Assembly (NCBI GenBank): GCA_030141605.1
Contig: JAQGDQ010000138.1
Coordinates: forward strand, 186,001-250,000
Length of the DNA stretch: 64,000 nucleotides
Origin: Tubiluchus corallicola
Taxonomy: Eukaryota; Animalia; Priapulida
Direction: 5' to 3'
Shown here: positions 12,916 through 26,200 of the stretch, piece by piece
Numbering within the stretch: position 1 is the first letter of the stretch
How the letters are laid out: every line of letters begins with the position of its first letter
Notes under the pieces: model-generated
What the model saw: only the letters and a program-made list of their open reading frames with translations
Databases searched by the model: none
Told to the model about the DNA's origin: nothing
Position numbers and translations under genes: made by a program

Positions 12916-13871
12916 CTTTATGTATATAAATGCAATAACCGATGACTAATCCACAAAATTTCTCTCTAGTGCCTTGAGATTTTAAGTGCCACATTTACAA
13001 ACTCGCGTATTTGACACGAATTCGACCTCCAGCGTTATTGTGAGATATACATGTTGCAGACGCTGAATTCACCTCTGTGGAAGCACCTGTAGAACTTAAT
13101 TCTGAGAACTGAATAATAACTATGCTCTTTATTTATGACTGTATATTACTCTTCCATGGTGCATAGATATGAACCCAACTCTATTTGTATTATTTAAACC
13201 ACAAAAGTTGTTTTTATAATATTATAGTCATTAAGCTCTAGCTACATCATCTTAATTTCCCGACTTAGCATGTATGGCAATGAAAAGCATTAACTTGATG
13301 TTTATGTCATTACTCTAAAAATAATTTTATTTAATAACAAAAATCGCTTTGATAGTTTCTAGTGACTTAACTATGTAGCTAAGTAACAAGTATGCTGAAT
13401 TTTTCTGAAACAATAGAAAGAAAATGTGCTGGCATTTTGCCAACATTTTGAGTAGGTCATCGTATTTTTCAAACTAGAGTTGTAGGTGTGTCAATTTGTT
13501 GTGACCTTGCATTTGTATCATATCTTAACTAACGTTTCTACACGCAAAGCCTATGTCCTCTTTTTTAAATAATTCAAGTAATTTTGTCCATGTTATCTTC
13601 ATTTGTGTTGCTTCAAGTTGCGTATAAAGTAAAATTGTTACTACCTAATTATAATTATTTAAACATCAAAAAGTTATTATAATTATTGCTCTTTTAGCTT
13701 GTGTCTATTACAGTCTCTATTACAGTTTATAATAGTCTATATTTTGTGAAACAACAATTAATCTAACAAAGGATCAGAGTTGAGCTTTATGTCATATACA
13801 TATAACTTGTTTAATTCTTTGATTTGCGTGTAATATGTCACCGTTCAAGATTCCTCACTTTCTACTTTTTG

Positions 13872-13885
13872 CCAGTAGATGGCAC
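13872..13885 (+). promoter_or_regulatory. CTCF-like binding motif
   Basis: CCAGTAGATGGCAC closely matches the CTCF core consensus; motif match only. Confidence 0.4.
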
Positions 13886-16800
13886 TCATGACAGTCATGC
13901 AGAATGTACAGAACGCAACACGAATTGAGGCAGGCTTGCCTACGTTTTGTTAAAATTTATAGTGCTTTTATACTCATTTTCAATCTTAACTACAACACAA
14001 TTTGTTAAGCCATACAGACAACAGCAAGTACTAAATTTAATATATTTATTCACTACTACGTGTCACAAATGTTGAATTTTTCAGTTCGTTTTAAAAGCAT
14101 AGAAAAAAGCAACCGCCAAACCTGAAAACTGTAAAATCATCCTCGTCATATGTATAGCAGGATAACAATACCTACCATAAAGTGCAACGGCTAAATCGCA
14201 TGAAGGAAAATGTGGAAAAGCATTCAAATTTAATTTCCTCTGTATAGTGTTCTTTTGTGGTTATTCCGAAATGCTTTTAACTGGCTGCTACAAATTTCAT
14301 TTTTTAAATTTGGTGAATACTCTGCATAATGTTATTATACACTTTTGCACATAATATTAATTCACTATTGTCTTAAGACTGTTTCGTGATCATTTCTCGC
14401 ATTCTTTCAATCATTTTAGTTTTGCATTATTTAAAATCTGTATCCTTACAGTTGAAATTTGCAACAATAAAATTATCAGGTTTTATTACGGTATATAATA
14501 GTACTCTGGTTGACTTGGAATCGCATGGATTTTGTAAATTCATATATTAGTTTTGTTGAAATCTCCTCGCGTTATAGAAGTAGGCTATTAACAGGCAACT
14601 TCTGTCTTCGCCCAAGATGCGTGCTGCTTTGTTGTCGGTGCTGTTGGCGTCATTGGGAAAAGTTGATCAAGGCTGAACAACGATGACGGGTAATTAACGA
14701 GTAATTATTTCTAATTCATTAATTCGCAACACATTATTGCCTTATTGTCAAAAATGCGTCTTGCAAAAATCCTTTCTGCATAAAATAAGGTACACATTAA
14801 AAGCGTAAAGGAAATACACTGAGAACGAAATAAAGTATAGTAACAAAGAAATAAAAAAGGCAACAGGTGGAAACCGTGGAATTAACAACTTAACAGCGAT
14901 AACGAAAATAATAATAAATAGCGGTAGTACGAGTAAAACCTTATTTTTCATAAAAAGTTCTGTGCCATTTTAACAAACAATCACTCTCCAAGACAATTTC
15001 ACCCAGCGTCTATAGACTAATAATATAACGGTTTTAACCTAAACTATAATAACTATACATACGACGCCACAGTAATGACGCGAAGTACAGTATTTAATTA
15101 TACAGCAATAAAATTCACTACAATCAATAAACATGTGACCAGTACAAAAATTTAATGACAATAACAGAATAATTACAACAAAGGCAGATGTTGTTAACCT
15201 GCCATTTTCTTACGCAAATGACCATAATAAAATTATTTTATTTACTAAAATAAAATGGTAAACGGAATTTTTAGAAAATATTACTGTGAGCAGACATCAT
15301 TGGGGTTCAAAATTTTACATAAATTTGTTACTTCTTGGAGATGAACGTTTAAGACACGTAGGTTATTGTAAAACATTTTATTGTGTACAGGTATTTATAA
15401 ATGAATCGAGACGTTTTAAATAACGATTATACTGTAACTGTTTAATTTATATGAGCAATGAAAATCATGTTTAGTGATAAACCAGTATAGTGCATAGGCT
15501 AATCATATAACTGTTTTTCATTTGCTTTTTGTTTCTACTTATACAAAGTGTTACTAGAATAGCTTTGTAAATTTTGTTCAAATTGACAGTTGTTAAATTT
15601 ACGAAAAAGGTAATGCTTGCGCATAAGTTGTAAAAACTTTCTGGCACAAACCGCGTAGCAAAATTATGTTGACAATAAAATAAAATAAGCTGTAAAAAGA
15701 AGTTTAAGAGCTCTCCATTTGCAGTAAAGTTATGCTAGTTAGTTACTAAAGGATTGAAAACAACCCTGTCCTATCCTCTTCTCCCCTCCCCTTCCCTTCC
15801 GTCTCCTCTCCTTCCTCTCCCACCTTCACTCCTCTCCTATGCTAATCTATTCTACTCCATTCTATTTCGTTCTGTGCTTCTTGTGTTTTTGTTCCTTCAA
15901 ATCTCACCTGATCTAATTCTTCATTCTCGGCCGACGTGGTCAATACGAAAACTGCGAGTCACATGTTGCTTTTCATTTTTCAATACAGTTTCCACTGTGG
16001 TAAAATTTTGGCACACAATACTTGCGCCTATGCGGCTTCTAGCTCCGTGCTAGCGCCAGCGCTGAATGCTCATAATAATTGAATACTACGCTTGCAATAT
16101 GTGCGCCTTGTGTCGGTGCCTACTGCCTGCCTGGGCGTCGCAGAATGGGATTCGATACCAAAAGATTAAAGAAAAATGGTGATGTGTAACCTGTTCACTG
16201 TGATTTACAAAGTCAAGCTTTCTAGCAGACACTGTGCACCTAATCAAGCGATAGCTCCTTGGTGCAATACTTAATGTTTGTTAAATGTTATTAATGTGTT
16301 AATAGCATAAGTCTAACTTCAAACACAATGTATTGTTAATTACTGCTGTCTTACGACACTGTTTTTATAATCGTCCGTACAGGTTAATAATAATTAAACT
16401 TAATTAATGAGAATGAGCACAATATAAACTCTACATAAACGCAACATGTATACATAACGGAAACGTTTTTATTGCAAGGTGACTGTAATGCCGCTACAAA
16501 GCAGGTTTACCTGCCTTAATTAGCTCTGTTATATAACTGTGTTTATTGCACACTATAGTAGCCTGCTGAGAATTTGTTATATCGTCGTAAGAGGTCTACT
16601 ATTGCGACAATGATGATAGACCACAACCCGTATCAAAATTATAATTTGATACCCGAATCACCCAGAACCAGGAAATTAAGAGAGCTGTTAATAATAATTG
16701 CATCAGCTAGCGTTATTAATTTATAAGCTTAATAGGTAAACGTTATAATACTCCTATGTATGGCCAGGTTGTATAGTTATTGATCAAAGCATATTGATTA

Positions 16801-17851
16801 GCCTATAGCTAGGCTAGGGTATCTGGAGCGAATGAGTTTTTGTGTAACAGAGTGCATGCGCGATTTATAAGCAAGGGACCAAACTAATAAGCTGTGTTTT
16901 CATGGTTTGATGAATTAGTATATAGTGACTATTTCTCCAAGTGCAGTAAAGTTGGTGACGGATATGATGTAAGACCTTTGCGGTAGTTTTTTACTTTGAA
17001 CGTATCTTTGTCCTCGTGTTTTAAACATGTCTAAAATGAAACAAAATCGATTTAAAACACCAATTCTAAACACCAAAAATTTAGAAACAGTAAAGGTGTT
17101 TACACGCGGGTTCAACAACATCTAAAAACCTGGTGGAGGTTTAAAGATGGAACCTATAAACTAAATGCATCGACTGGATGTGTAATTTCAGAGATGTGTT
17201 TAGCAAAAAAACACGATTAGAACACGTCAGTTTTATATCCTTAAAATTTGCTTCATTTAGTGACATAACCTCTTTGGTTTTCTAGCTAAAAAGATAGCAA
17301 ACGCGCTTTTAAATGCGTTTTGAATTTTTATAAACATAACACTACAAATGGAACAAATCTGTCAATTTTTACCAAGTTCTTAAACTTGTTTAAAAGGCGG
17401 AGTCAAAGTTACGGTTCGAAATGCATTCATAAGCTAAAGCTTTGCGGTATACAAAAATAAATTCTGTGACTCGAGGATGTAACTATCCTACGTTGCTCAG
17501 TAAGAAATCGTGCGTTTTCAAAATTTTGTCACTGATGTCACATTTTAGTTTCGAGATGTGCTATGATCGATATGCATTCGCGCCACACATAGCAGGTGAA
17601 ACAGACTTCTTGATACAAAGAAACAACTTAAACTTTGACAAATTAGTGTTTGCATTCGAACCTTGTGAGTTTAGCTACCTAAACAAAGTGCATAGCAGCT
17701 AACGTGTTCCTCATCATGTAAAAAGGAGATAATTATCGAACCCACGACGTCCTAATAATTGATTTCAAATATTAATTTATTGTTTCTAATCATAATATCC
17801 ATCAGCTAATCAATGCCGTCGTGTAGTGATTTGATCACATCAAACTGATTA

Positions 17852-20800
17852 ATGGAATCTGCTTTGAAAGGCCCAGTTCTGACACTCCCAAGCTTTAATT
17901 CGCTGCAAGCGGAGTTTGACTCGCTAGTGGAAAATTCCTTCATCATCAACAAAATTGCCTTGGTGTACGAAGATCGATTCATAACATTCAAAGAGCTGGA
18001 CTACAAGTCCAGTCTGGTCGCACGTTTTCTACAAGAATCTTACGAAGACGATTGTATTCTAAAAGGACCGCAGCACATGTGGCGGTGTAAGAAAATTGTT
18101 GCTATCTATATGCGGAGAAGTCATCATCTAGTCACATCCCTGGTTGGCATACTCCGATCTGGTGCCGCGTATCTACCTATAGGCATAACATGGCCAAAAG
18201 ACCATATAAAGATTATACTAGACGAAGCACGGCCATTTTGTATCATATCAGATCACAAAGATGGTGTAATAGCTGATGTTGCTGGTAACAGTCTAAATCC
18301 AATTGAAGTGTTCACGCTTGACGATGTTGACAAGCATGTTCAACAGTCAGTACAACTTGGGCAAACACATAAGAGGTACACGAGTCACTCTAGTGGCGAA
18401 TCAGATGTGGCATGCGTCCTTTATACTTCTGGTAGCACCGGTAAACCAAGGGGTGTAAAACTAACTAATAGCAATATCCTTAATAGGTTACAGTGGTACT
18501 GGACAACCTTTCCTTTTGCCAAGGATGAGGTCATGTGCTTCAAGACTGCAATTACGTTTGTGGATTCCATGACGGAAATATTCTCTGCACTACTTCAAGC
18601 TTGCCCGCTAGTGATTGCACCAGAAGGAATTATCCAAAATCCAAAAAGTTTCATCACATTCTTAGGCAAACACAGGGTAACACGATTAACTATGGTTCCT
18701 TCATTACTACACATTATTCTTATGTATCTGAGCATGGATAAATCTGTGAGACATCATTTGGTCCAGCTCTGGCTCTGGGTCTGTAGTGGTGAAACACTGA
18801 TGCCTTCACTTGTTCGCCAATTCTATAAGATATTTAGACCTAACAAAACTTTGTGTAACTTTTACGGAAGCACGGAGCTTACAGGTGACGTCAGCTACGA
18901 GCTGTTCAACAGTAAGTCTGACCTCCTCAATAAGATCATCAGCGACAAAGTTTCCATCGGAGTTCCAATCAATAATACTACTATATACGTACTGACTGAG
19001 AGCTTGCATAAAGTTAAACAACATCACATTGGAGAAATATTTGTTAGTGGAAGAAATGTTGTTCCAGGCTACCTTGCAACAGAAAACAACCCGAACTTTA
19101 TGGAGAATCCTTACTCTAGGAACGAATCTGATAAAGTTTTATATAAAACAGGTGATTTTGGTTGCGTCATACATGGCCGATTGTTCTTCGAAGGTAGATA
19201 TGACTCACAAGTGAAAGTTAGAGGAAAACGGATAGACTTGCACGAAATAGAGTGTGCAATTCACGAGATTCATGGAATAGATAATGTTATAGCATTGTGC
19301 CACGGGTCAGATGCACAATCTACAGCAATTGTTGCTTTTTATACATTGCGAAAGTCAGCGAATCTACAACCGGAACAGATTAGAAAGTCTCTGATGACGA
19401 AACTACCATCGTTCATGATTCCAAATGTGCACAAGATCTTACAGATTCCACTTCTACAAAACGGAAAGGTAGACAGAAAGAAATTGCTTACCAAATATGT
19501 TCAAGAGAGATTTAGCTCTCCAAGCCCAGTTGAAGCCACTAGCGATACACTGGATGAAGTTGAAAAAGTTGTTGCACATGTTGTTAGAGACGTATTAGAC
19601 ATTCCAAATGGTGTCTATATACAACAAATGAATTTCTTTAATCTTGGTGGCAACTCTTTGAATGCCTTGACCACAGTGCTGAACTTAACCAAAACAGGCA
19701 TACATATTGATATTGACAGTTTCTTGCAGGCCAGTACAATAGCTGACATTGCAAAGCATGTAGAAACAGTCAACAAGGACAAGTCTATATGCTGTGGTTA
19801 TAAACAAACTGAATCGGAAGATTATGTTAAATTAAAGAAAACAAACTCTTCCAGAAAAACTACAGAAGAATTCTTTTTTCGGATCATTGCTTTACATGAA
19901 TCAAAGCAGCCAGCAGAATTGATTAATGTGTTAGCTAACAGCTTTAGCCATAAGAATCCACTAGATATTGCAGTGGAAAACTACCCCGAAACGCATGCAA
20001 CTATGCTCAGAACACACTGGAAAGATATTATTAATAGCAAGCTTTCTCTCGTAGCTGTGGACAAAAACAGTCAGATCATAGGAGGTGTGGTATCTTTTGA
20101 TCTTTTTGATGAACCAGTTCTGCAACTACCAGAAAAACTGGTTCCGATTTTTGAGTTGCATGAAGAGCTGGAAGACGCGTTTCGAAAACAGATGAAGGAT
20201 ACTAATACCAGATGGCTCCATAATTCACTTATGGGTACTAGCTTGCAACTGACGTTTCAACAAAATGTTAAACTAGTTAAAGCCATGGAAGAAGCAGTAT
20301 TAAACCTCGCTGAATCTGAAGGATATCATGGCATCTTCACTTGCAATAGCAATAAACTAAATCAGGTAAGTCCTCATTTTTACTGCTCACCACTACTGCT
20401 GATATTGTAGCTAGTGTTAGTGCTGTTGCCTCTGTTTGCCAATGCTGGTGTCGTTGATAGACGCTGCTACAGTACAATGTCCTTTACTATTCGTACACAA
20501 CACTTAAAAGTGAGTGTGTACCATGCACACGCAAATGTTTGAATGAAATTAATTATCAAGGGTAGCTGACTTGATGACTTTTTAGTCAACTCGCTACCTT
20601 ATTTGGTTGAGGTTTGAGTTTACTACTACTTTAATTAACCAATTTACATTGTATATATGTTCACATATTTTTTGTTCATTGTAATCGTTCCTGAAATGCT
20701 AAGAGAAAATCATTTTGATATGATATAAAAGTGGATTGGATACCGAACGTCGTAAATCATATTTTTTATTGCAGGATATCTGTGAGCACTTTTTGGATTT

Positions 20801-20909
20801 TGAAACAGTGAGCCAGTATCGCATCAAAGACTACGTTTACAATGGACAGCGTGTATTTGCAAAAGCAAAAGATGACGATTTCATTAAAGCAATGATTAAA
20901 TACCTCTAA
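17852..20909 (+). CDS. ebony: Ebony-like beta-alanyl-biogenic amine synthetase (single-module NRPS: A-T-aaNAT-like domains), 882 aa
   Basis: Exon 1 17852-20365 (CAG|GTAAG), exon 2 20775-20909 (TTGCAG|GAT...KYL*). A-domain motifs YTSGSTGKPRG, NRLQW, FKTAITFVDS, WVCSGE, NFYGSTE, YKTGDFG, GRYDSQVKVRGKR, NGKVDR; carrier motif FFNLGGNSL; C-terminal GNAT-like region. Length and architecture match Ebony. Confidence 0.92.
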
Positions 20910-21113
20910 TGTTTTTATTAATTTTTTTTCATGATAGCATTTTAATGTTAATGTCACTTAATTCACATTAAAGTATATTCTTTTGTAACGCATTTTTACT
21001 ATTATACCTTATAACATTAGTGATCATTTATATGTATTTCGTATTTCGGTTTCCAAACAAAACTGCGCCATATCTTAATCATTCTTCGAGTATTTTAGTT
21101 TTGCTTCACTCAT

Positions 21114-21256
21114 TTGTTGTTGCCGTTGTCGCCGTTGTCGTCGTTGTTGTGGTTATTGTTGCTGCTGCTGCTGCTGATAATGATAATGATGGTAGTGCTG
21201 TTGCTGATAGTTGCGCTACTGTTGTTTTGCTGTTGCTGTTGTTGTCGTTATTGTCG
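21114..21256. repeat. Degenerate (GTT/GTC/GCT/GAT)n trinucleotide tract
   Basis: Visible low-complexity tract downstream of ebony. Confidence 0.85.
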
Positions 21257-21825
21257 TTTTCACATGAAAATAATAATCTTTTTTCAACAACCTGTAGTAT
21301 TCGTTCTGTAAAAAATGAGAAATAATCCTGGAACGTATCCATAACAATGATAACATAAAAAAGTATTCCAAAAAGTATTTTGCTGTCACAAGACAGACAT
21401 TATAGCAGTCATCAGGCGAAGTCATTTTATATATAGACGTCATAGGCAATTTTGTTAGTAAAATAGGCATTTTGGTGATAGCCTATGTGTTGTCAACAGA
21501 TCTGTCACCAACAGATTTATGATCTAACCAAAAATATGTCCTCACGGTCAGAGAGCCAGGTGGTGGCTAAACTATAATAATTGGCACTTATCCTGATAAA
21601 ACGTCAAGTGGGATTAATAGATTTTTATCATTTGAACTTTACAAACGTCGTCATAGTGCAAATTCTTTACTGCACTTGAAACATAGCTGGAATCACATTA
21701 GTACCACTAAAAAGATCACTAACTGTGAGCATAAATGTCCTTTGGTGATGATGTAACAAACAAAATTGCAATAGGTGTTTTGTTATCACAGTTAATTACA
21801 TTTTGAAATCAGAATTGAAAAACGG

Positions 21826-22284
21826 GAAATGTGAACAAGTTGGGATATAGCCTTGACTTGCACCAGGACCTTCGGTTTACAAAGCAGACGCCCTAGACCA
21901 CTAGTTCAAAGTTCATCCTTTGGTAATTGGCCAACCGAATATATATTTCAATAAATCACGCTAGAATGATTCTAACTTATTAAACGATTATGATTCTAAC
22001 TAATTATTACCAAAGGACTAAAAGTGCTTTGGTAATATTCACAGTTTCTCCTCATGTGGAAATGTTCACAGTTTCTTGTCAAGCTTAGACATGTTGTATG
22101 ACAAATTTCGCCTTACTTTTTCATTTCCTTATAAAACCTCACGAAAAAAGTGGAAAAGCCGGGACTGGGCTTGAATTTAAATGATTGTCACAAGAGGCTC
22201 TGTGGTCTAGTGGTCATGGCACTGGTCACAGTCCACTGGTATCTGGTTCAAATCCTTTAACAGACATAACTTTTTTCACATTTC
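21826..22284. mobile_element. Divergent pair of tRNA-derived sequences with a central hairpin (SINE-like/composite repeat)
   Basis: Plus arm: A box TGGTCTAGTGG (22203-22213), B box GGTTCAAATCC (22245-22255), ending TTCACATTTC. Minus arm 21826-21912 has TAGTGGTCTAGGG...GGTGCAAGTC and also ends TTCACATTTC. Hairpin 22005-22037. No intact cloverleaf is evident. Confidence 0.5.
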
Positions 22285-22974
22285 TTGAATTAGGTGAAAT
22301 TTAGTGTCAGTAACTCAGTAACTGTAAGTTCACCACATCAATAAAAACAAAAGTACGTAATTACAGCAAAAACATAAGAAAAGGTTCACGCGTGTGCCTG
22401 AAAACCTTTTATAAACTACTGATCAATAATTTGACTACTATTTCCAGCTGAAGTAATTTATCAATCAAAACAGAAGTCGCTCTACCTTTAATTACGACTA
22501 AGCCTACTCAATCGGTTTCTCATTAAGCTCTGATTAGCCTCATATGCATTGATTGATTCGGCGTCTGTAAGATTGATATTTAGACCGTCAGCCAGGACCC
22601 TCCGGATCGATCAACCAAGATACCAAAGTATTTGGTCAAATGAGAAGCGTGAACATAATATGTGATGTTCAGATATGGACGTATGCCGGCATTGCCACTG
22701 GTATGCGTAGTCGCTATAGTAGCCAATTAGCTCTTCCTTTGTCTTTCTTCCTCCTTCATCTGAGTTGCGCAAAAAAGCGGTTCCTAAGAGATTGCCAAAT
22801 GCTATTATTGTATTAATGTTTATCAAGACTGAACATCCAGTATTTGACAGACCACTTAACTGTTATTCACAGTTTATCTGGTGTAATATTAACTTATGTT
22901 GTTAAAACCCTAATTGCTTATATAAATCTTTAAGACTGATCGTTTATAGTGTCTAATATCATCTTAAACGTTTT

Positions 22975-23270
22975 CTCTGTACCAGTTAAACTGTTCCAGT
23001 ACTAAACGTTCCTAGCATCAAACCTGTTCCTTTTCATTTTTACGTTGTACCAGATTTACTTGTGCCATAGGTGCTGGCCAACCTTCGCCAATACTGTATT
23101 TAATCTTACCAGCACCACATTTTCCCTGTACCCAATTTTCGTAGCGCTAAGATTTCGCTGTACTAAAAATTTCTAATAGTAAATTTTCCCGGTATCAAAA
23201 TTTCCTCGTACAAAAATGACTAGGACCAAATTTACCTGTACTATACTTAGTAATACCAGATTTTTCCATG
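22975..23270. repeat. Degenerate ~20-bp internal repeat array (GTACCA/GTACTA-based), probably MITE interior
   Basis: Recurring GTACC/TACTA...AATTT units spaced roughly 20 bp apart. Confidence 0.4.
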
Positions 23271-26200
23271 TTTTCAGTTCATTTACATGCTGTAAACACT
23301 TGCAGCGAGGGAGTTTGTGAGAATGTGTTACGTTATCAAGTTGGGCGGTGCTAAACACGGCTTCCGGTCTGTCTATTGGCCTAATGGAAGATATGATTAC
23401 TAGGCGGTTTTAAATTTATATTGATCACATGATCCGAGAAACTCTGAATGCATTACTACAGACATACTAACAGATAGACGCGCTAAGGTGTAAAATCGCT
23501 ACATGGTTATATACAGAAAAGTGTGTGGCATATGGGTGTAAATTCAAATCACGGCAATAGACTTATGAACAATTCTGGATTAAAATAAGCACGTGCTTAG
23601 GGCCTCAGGGAAAGAGAAGCCCCCACTCAAAATTAAAATGTACCAGAATATGTGTGGCTGCAGATATGCTGAATGGCCGTCCCTTTAAGATTTAGAATCG
23701 TTTCTGTATTTTTAGTATCACTCTACGCAATATAAAGCTGGTGCCCTAGCTTTTACTTGCACATAAATCTTACTGCCTTTTGTTCATTTCAAAAGGCAAA
23801 ATTTCATTTCACAGTTTAGCATTATTTTTATTCTGAATTACACGTACATGGGGATATCATAATCTTTTCAGTGCTTAGGGCATCTTGCGGTCTTAATCCG
23901 ACACTGTTTATGAAGCCAAGTTTGGTGCCTCTAAAATAATTTTCATGAATGGGAGACTCAACCACCAAATTGTCATTTGGCTCCCCGTTGTAATTGCTAT
24001 TAGTTGTTTTACAAATTTTTAAAGCTGTGCAAAAAATTGATGCCCTAGATCTTACAGTTTTCTTCTCGTGTTTATAGGAAAGGTAAGTAATTGGTGACTT
24101 TCGACATACCCCGTACAATTAGACTTCGACTCCGCTATATACACGCATGCTTTAGCCGACGTAATATTTTATATGCGCGCATTTGAAATTGGCATATTCC
24201 TAATACAGCAGTAATTACATTTTTCCCCAGCGCAGAACACGAAAATACCATTATTGACAAAATGGAGAAAATATGGTCGACTAATGAGACTATTAAATTA
24301 CAAAGCTTGAAGGGGTCTAACGTCAAATTGAAAATAACATTGATTATTACTGGCTAATTATTTTACGTCTATAATGCGGCTCTGAGAAACTTCAAATACG
24401 GCTTATAATAGGTGTGTTCGCACACAAGCACACAGAGAATGGGCAATCCGGCGACAGAAATCAGGACGGTAACGGTAATTCAAAATGGTGATAGTAATCT
24501 GATGACGACAAAAGAAATCATGACAGCATTCAAACAACGGCATTATTTTACAATGTGACAGTTTGTGGGTATAAAACTAATGTATTATAATTAGTCTAGG
24601 GTAATTTAACGTCACTGTCTCAAATCTAAAGCTCGGGTCACATGTTCTCCGTGAATGTGAACAACTAAACAAGAAACACTAAACAGATAGAGCTCGTAAT
24701 TTATTAACATGTCAGGATAATCACTTCTGCTAATTTCATCACCAAGCGTTTGGGTTCACGTTGGGGCAATTCTCCTATAGGACTCGATTATTTTACTAAA
24801 CATAATCATCGAGTTGTTAATCGTAAAACGTTTTCACAAAGTTTGAAATAGAATTATTAAACACATGGATGCTGTGCAAATCATACAGTATATTATTAAA
24901 CATGAACAAAACAAAGAACAAATACATACAGGAGAAAACAATACCGTAATTTTACTACTAAGCCCAGATTTAACAAGTAACAAGGAGTATACTCATGTTT
25001 ATCAATAGTTCCTCATGGGTGGCTCGTCCAGGATGCATCAAGGATGGTTCACAGTCCCAAATCCACGATACACTACTGGAATAAGGAGGATGCTCCATCA
25101 TGTAGCTGATCTATAAGTCCTTACACGCCACAAGTAGTTTAGTCTGGAATCGTAGTCGTTTCTCTGCGTCTCCACTGCAGCCGAATAGCGTAGCTAGGAT
25201 GCTGTGGACTCCATCACTATGTGAACACTCCACCAATGCTCTGAAAGTTTCAGAATCCCTCACAGGGTGGGTTGTCCAAGAGCTCCTCTAAGTGAAGAAG
25301 TATGACAAAATAATTACTTCATTCCTGAGTCGTGCTGGTGTTAAGGGTGTCGATACAACATTGTGCATTTTAACTATTGTCTCTCACAGGACATCTGGCG
25401 ATACATTGTACATTTAACTATTGTCTCTCACAGGACATCAATTGAATTTTGCCATTAAGGCCAAAATAAAAGTTATAGACAAAACGTGTCTCAAACATAT
25501 GACGAACAAAAGAAAGGTACCAACTATGTCAACCAGGTAAAAACGTCCTGGATAGGCACCCGTTCAACAGAAAATTCGGTACCTGAATGAAGTTGTAAAA
25601 AATGGCTTCTGTACTGCTGAAAATCTGATAGTGATGAATGGCCCTGTATATCGGCTAGTTAACTAGCGGTCATGCATCGCTTGGCAGTGACATACAATGA
25701 TGGTGATCTGAATGTGCAAACGTATTTGCTCAAAGAAAAGATTCAACCTGGTACGCTTCGTTTTAGCACATAGTTCCAATGTGCTTATTATATAGATCTA
25801 CTGCTCTCTCTCTCTCTAGGACATCAATCACTAATTATTGGACCCAAATTTTCTCAAAAGTTTGCTATCAGTCTACTAAATCCCTCAGCCTAATTGTCCT
25901 CATCACATTGATTACTGACCTGTCAACACCTTGTTGTTATTATTCCTTAAAACGAAAGATTAATGAGCTAGGCTTAAAAAAATAGGGAAAGGTAACAAAG
26001 GTCTCATCAGTTCAGATTATTCATCTACGTCCTTTGCCGCTTTTGCTAATTATATACCTAACAAGCCTGTACAGTTTCCTGTCTAAATGTGCCTTAGTGG
26101 TTTCTCCCAGCTTGAATGTTAAATCAAGCGCAGTATCACCACACATTCTATCACAACCTATAAAGCCCAACAAATTACATGTGAAGTAACTTGTTATCAT

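Noticed and set aside
17852-20410. Bacterial contamination or recent horizontal transfer of an NRPS
   Set aside because: It has a spliceosomal intron, host-like base composition and the animal Ebony domain layout, and lies among animal genes.
21826-22284. Functional tRNA genes
   Set aside because: A and B boxes are present but the acceptor and anticodon stems do not pair properly; treated as tRNA-derived repeats.
25360-25440. ~45-bp tandem duplication
   Set aside because: Simple two-copy local duplication with no sign of function.
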